From an uncultured Aquificales bacterium (lineage in GTDB: Bacteria; Thermosulfidibacterota; Thermosulfidibacteria; Thermosulfidibacterales; Thermosulfidibacteraceae): a stretch of DNA of 18,633 bases. Below, piece by piece: positions 16,064-18,633 of the stretch (the first letter of the stretch is position 1; every line of letters starts with the position of its first letter). Both the position numbers and the translations under genes were made by a program. The notes under the pieces were generated by a model, which made no database searches, was not told where the DNA came from, and worked only from the letters and a program-made list of their open reading frames with translations. The stretch lies in assembly GCA_964411615.1 (NCBI GenBank), contig CAYPLO010000014.1:9759-28391 (forward strand), given 5' to 3'.

Positions 16064-16086
16064 GCTTTCTGGCCCCTGTCCGATTA
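16060..16086 (+). promoter_or_regulatory. sigma-28 (FliA) promoter for fliD
   Basis: TTAAGCTT-N11-TCCGATTA versus consensus TAAAGTTT-N11-GCCGATAA. AGGAGG RBS at 16094-16099. Confidence 0.75.
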
Positions 16087-16105
16087 CCTTATCAGGAGGT
16101 GGATG

Positions 16106-18633
16106 ATGGACAGCCTGCGTGTAGGTGGACTGATATCTGGGATAGATGTGAACGGCATAATACAGGAGCTGGTAAAGGCCCGCTCCGGTGTTCTTGAGCA
16201 GCTCAAGGGCAAGGAGGACAGACTCAAGATAGAGAAGGATACCTACAGGGAGATTAGCAAGATGGTCAATGACCTGAAGGACTCCCTTTTGAAGCTGAGG
16301 CTACAGTCCACCTACCTGAACAAGATGGTGAGCTCCTCAAACGAGGCTGTCCTTACGGCAACGGCCACCGTTGATGCCGCCTTTGGCACCCACAGGATAA
16401 AGGTTCTACAGATGGCCACCCCCGCCATGGCCATGTCCATGTACGCCAGGGCGAGGCTCATTGATGATGGAGGAACGGGGATAAGCATATGGGGGAGGCC
16501 TGTGGAGACTGTGGAGGGGACGGACACCATCCAGGTATACCAGGATACCGACACAGGTAAGTACTTCGCCGTTGACAGGCTCTCATTAAAGGGGAAGGGC
16601 GCCGTTGATTACCGGAAAGGTTCTGTGGTGGAAAGCTCAACGGTGGAGGGAACCATCGGTAGCAACCTCTCTGCGGGAAGTGCCATAAACTTCACCTACG
16701 GTGGAAAGAGCATAACCGCATACACAGGCACAGATTATCAGGCGGATACAACCTCCCTTTACGATGTTGCCGCCGACCTTCAGGATGCACTGAACGAGGC
16801 CATAAACCAGGCCATGGGCACCAAGGACAAGACCTACGTGCTTGTCAGGGTGGATACCAACGTGGGCACAGGTAACGATTCCCTTGTGGTCTATGATGTG
16901 GAAGGCAAGGGTATAGAGTTCTCCGCTAATGCCGCAACCGCTGCTCTGGGTCTTGACTCCACCACCTCAGGGGTTGCCGATGCCGTTGTAGGTAAAGTTT
17001 ATGCCGATACCCTTGATGGACTAAAGGGGAAGCTCTCTACCCTCATAAGGGGACTAAGCATAAGTGCGGATACTTTAAGCACAGGCACCGCCGAGATAAT
17101 AAGAGATGCCAGCCTCAACATAAAGAAGCCTTCCCCCACCTACATCTACGGAGGCTCCGGTGTCTCTTCCGGCTCGGGGATAAATCTTGATGCCACCCTT
17201 GACAAGGCAGGTTTTGCCGCAGGAGTTGGTGCTGAGACCAACGGCTACTTCACCATAAATGGTGTGAAGATAAACATAGACGACTACACCAAGCTCACCG
17301 TCAGGGACCTTCTGGCCAAGATAAACTCCTCAGGTGCGGGGGTTATTGCTGAGTACGATGCGGCAAACGACAGGTTTGTGTTGAGAAGTGTAGAGAACGG
17401 AGCCGATATAAAGCTTGGGGCTCCCGATGACACCAGCAACTTCCTGAGCGTTGCTAAACTCACCGTTTTAGAGGGTGCGAAGAAGGTTGAGGGAAGCGAC
17501 GGTGGAAAGATTGACCCCACCGCACCCCTTGCGGAGACAGGGCTTACCGTAACCCCGTCTTCCGGCACCTTCACCATAAACGGTGTCAGCATATATGTTG
17601 ATGTGAACAAGGACAGTCTAAACGACCTTATAGACAAGGTGAACAAGTCCGGTGCCGGGGTTAAGATGGTTTACGATTCGGCGCTGGATAAGGTGATACT
17701 CATATCCCAACCCAAGACAGGTGATACCAACGACAAGTTTATACAGCTTGGTAGTGACCACGATACCAGCAACATACTCTACGCCTTCAATCTTATCCCA
17801 TCCACAGGGGTCTCCAAGGAGGTGGGTTCCAAGGGTAAAGATGCTGTTCTTGAGGTTGACGGGATAACCTACACCAGACCTACCAACACCATAGACGACA
17901 TAATAGGAGGCGTCACCCTGAACATAAATGGCGAGTCCGACAGCTACGTCACCCTGAACATAAAGCCTGACGAGGACGCCATAGTTGATAAGTTTGCCGA
18001 CTTCATAGCGAAGTACAATGCTCTGGTTAAGAAGCTGAATCCTCCTGAGCTGACAGATGCGCAGAAGCAGTTCCTTGAGCCTTTGAGTGAGGACGATAAG
18101 AAGGCCATGACGGAGGACGAGATAAAGAAGTATGAGGAGAACCACAAGAAGTATCTCGCCTACCAGATAATCAGGCGTAGCCCGGAGCTCAGAAGCTTCA
18201 TGTCACAGTTGAGGGACACGGTCTTTTCGGTAGTTAAGGGACTTTCGCCCTACGACGACCTCACTGATATAGGAATAACCACCGACTTCTTCGGCACCTA
18301 CGACTCTGAGCTTCAGGGGTATCTGCTGACCGACTCCACCGATAAGGATGAGATAAAGGAGCTTCTTAAACAGAACGACAAGTTCATGGATGCCGTTCGC
18401 AACCACACCTACGACCTCTACAGGCTTATGGCCGTGAACAGCGGAGACCAGAAGGGAATAGCCAGAAAGCTCACCGAGGTTGTGGACAGGTACTTTGGGG
18501 TTGACGGTGCGGTGTTCTCCTACATAAAGCCCGGTGGTTATCTGGATAGGGAGCTGAAGGACCTGTACAAGGAGATGATGACCCAGCAGGAGATGATAAA
18601 CAACTACGAGGATGAGCTCTGGCAGAAGTTCTC
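16106..18633 (+). CDS. fliD: Flagellar filament cap protein (3' end outside window; at least 842 codons)
   Basis: Hand translation is open to the window end. FliD_N MDSLRVGGLISGIDVNGIIQELVKA...SSSNEAVLTATA. FliD_C GKDAVLEVDGITYTRPTNTIDDIIGGVTLNI...FIAKYN...YEDELWQKF. Missing from the ORF track because there is no stop in the window. Confidence 0.95.
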   Translation, partial: MDSLRVGGLISGIDVNGIIQELVKARSGVLEQLKGKEDRLKIEKDTYREISKMVNDLKDSLLKLRLQSTYLNKMVSSSNEAVLTATATVDAAFGTHRIKVLQMATPAMAMSMYARARLIDDGGTGISIWGRPVETVEGTDTIQVYQDTDTGKYFAVDRLSLKGKGAVDYRKGSVVESSTVEGTIGSNLSAGSAINFTYGGKSITAYTGTDYQADTTSLYDVAADLQDALNEAINQAMGTKDKTYVLVRVDTNVGTGNDSLVVYDVEGKGIEFSANAATAALGLDSTTSGVADAVVGKVYADTLDGLKGKLSTLIRGLSISADTLSTGTAEIIRDASLNIKKPSPTYIYGGSGVSSGSGINLDATLDKAGFAAGVGAETNGYFTINGVKINIDDYTKLTVRDLLAKINSSGAGVIAEYDAANDRFVLRSVENGADIKLGAPDDTSNFLSVAKLTVLEGAKKVEGSDGGKIDPTAPLAETGLTVTPSSGTFTINGVSIYVDVNKDSLNDLIDKVNKSGAGVKMVYDSALDKVILISQPKTGDTNDKFIQLGSDHDTSNILYAFNLIPSTGVSKEVGSKGKDAVLEVDGITYTRPTNTIDDIIGGVTLNINGESDSYVTLNIKPDEDAIVDKFADFIAKYNALVKKLNPPELTDAQKQFLEPLSEDDKKAMTEDEIKKYEENHKKYLAYQIIRRSPELRSFMSQLRDTVFSVVKGLSPYDDLTDIGITTDFFGTYDSELQGYLLTDSTDKDEIKELLKQNDKFMDAVRNHTYDLYRLMAVNSGDQKGIARKLTEVVDRYFGVDGAVFSYIKPGGYLDRELKDLYKEMMTQQEMINNYEDELWQKF
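17180..17795 (+). repeat. Two tandem ~95-aa diverged repeat domains inside FliD
   Basis: Copy 1: G-YFTINGVKI...DLLAKINSSGAGV..EYD..NDRFVL...IKLG...DTSNFL. Copy 2: G-TFTINGVSI...DLIDKVNKSGAGV..VYD..LDKVIL...IQLG...DTSNIL. Confidence 0.8.

Noticed and set aside
17911..17964. 18-bp direct repeat CGTCACCCTGAACATAAA, 36 bp apart
   Set aside because: In frame, encodes two VTLNI beta-strands of FliD. Only two copies, so not a CRISPR array or mobile-element repeat.
16312..18406. Short minus-strand ORFs in the last 2.5 kb
   Set aside because: All lie opposite the uninterrupted fliD frame.

Overview
Mostly housekeeping DNA from a bacterium, probably a thermophile (inferred from heavy AGG/AGA/ATA codon use and Glu/Lys-rich proteins; the lineage cannot be fixed from this window). 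Left to right: the 3' part of tmRNA (tag ADESLALAA); a promoter and tRNA-Gly/Cys/Leu cluster; a minus-strand lrgA-lrgB-GntR(FadR) operon with a 25-bp palindromic PdhR/LldR-like operator, whose regulator ends inside tRNA-Leu on the opposite strand; an AT-rich GT2 glycosyltransferase and YbiR-like transporter pair; minus-strand folC-trmH-DUF4911; maeB; a structured leader (pan-motif-like hairpin, terminator and a possible antiterminator) ahead of a tightly coupled panB-panC-panD-ribD-mlaE-mlaF-mlaD-lipoprotein-hypothetical-DUF72 run; and a sigma-28 promoter with a long fliD that runs off the window and is absent from the ORF track. The best leads are the candidate attenuator switch upstream of panB, the LrgAB-FadR module with its operator, and the gene/tRNA antisense overlap at the edge of a probable insertion.
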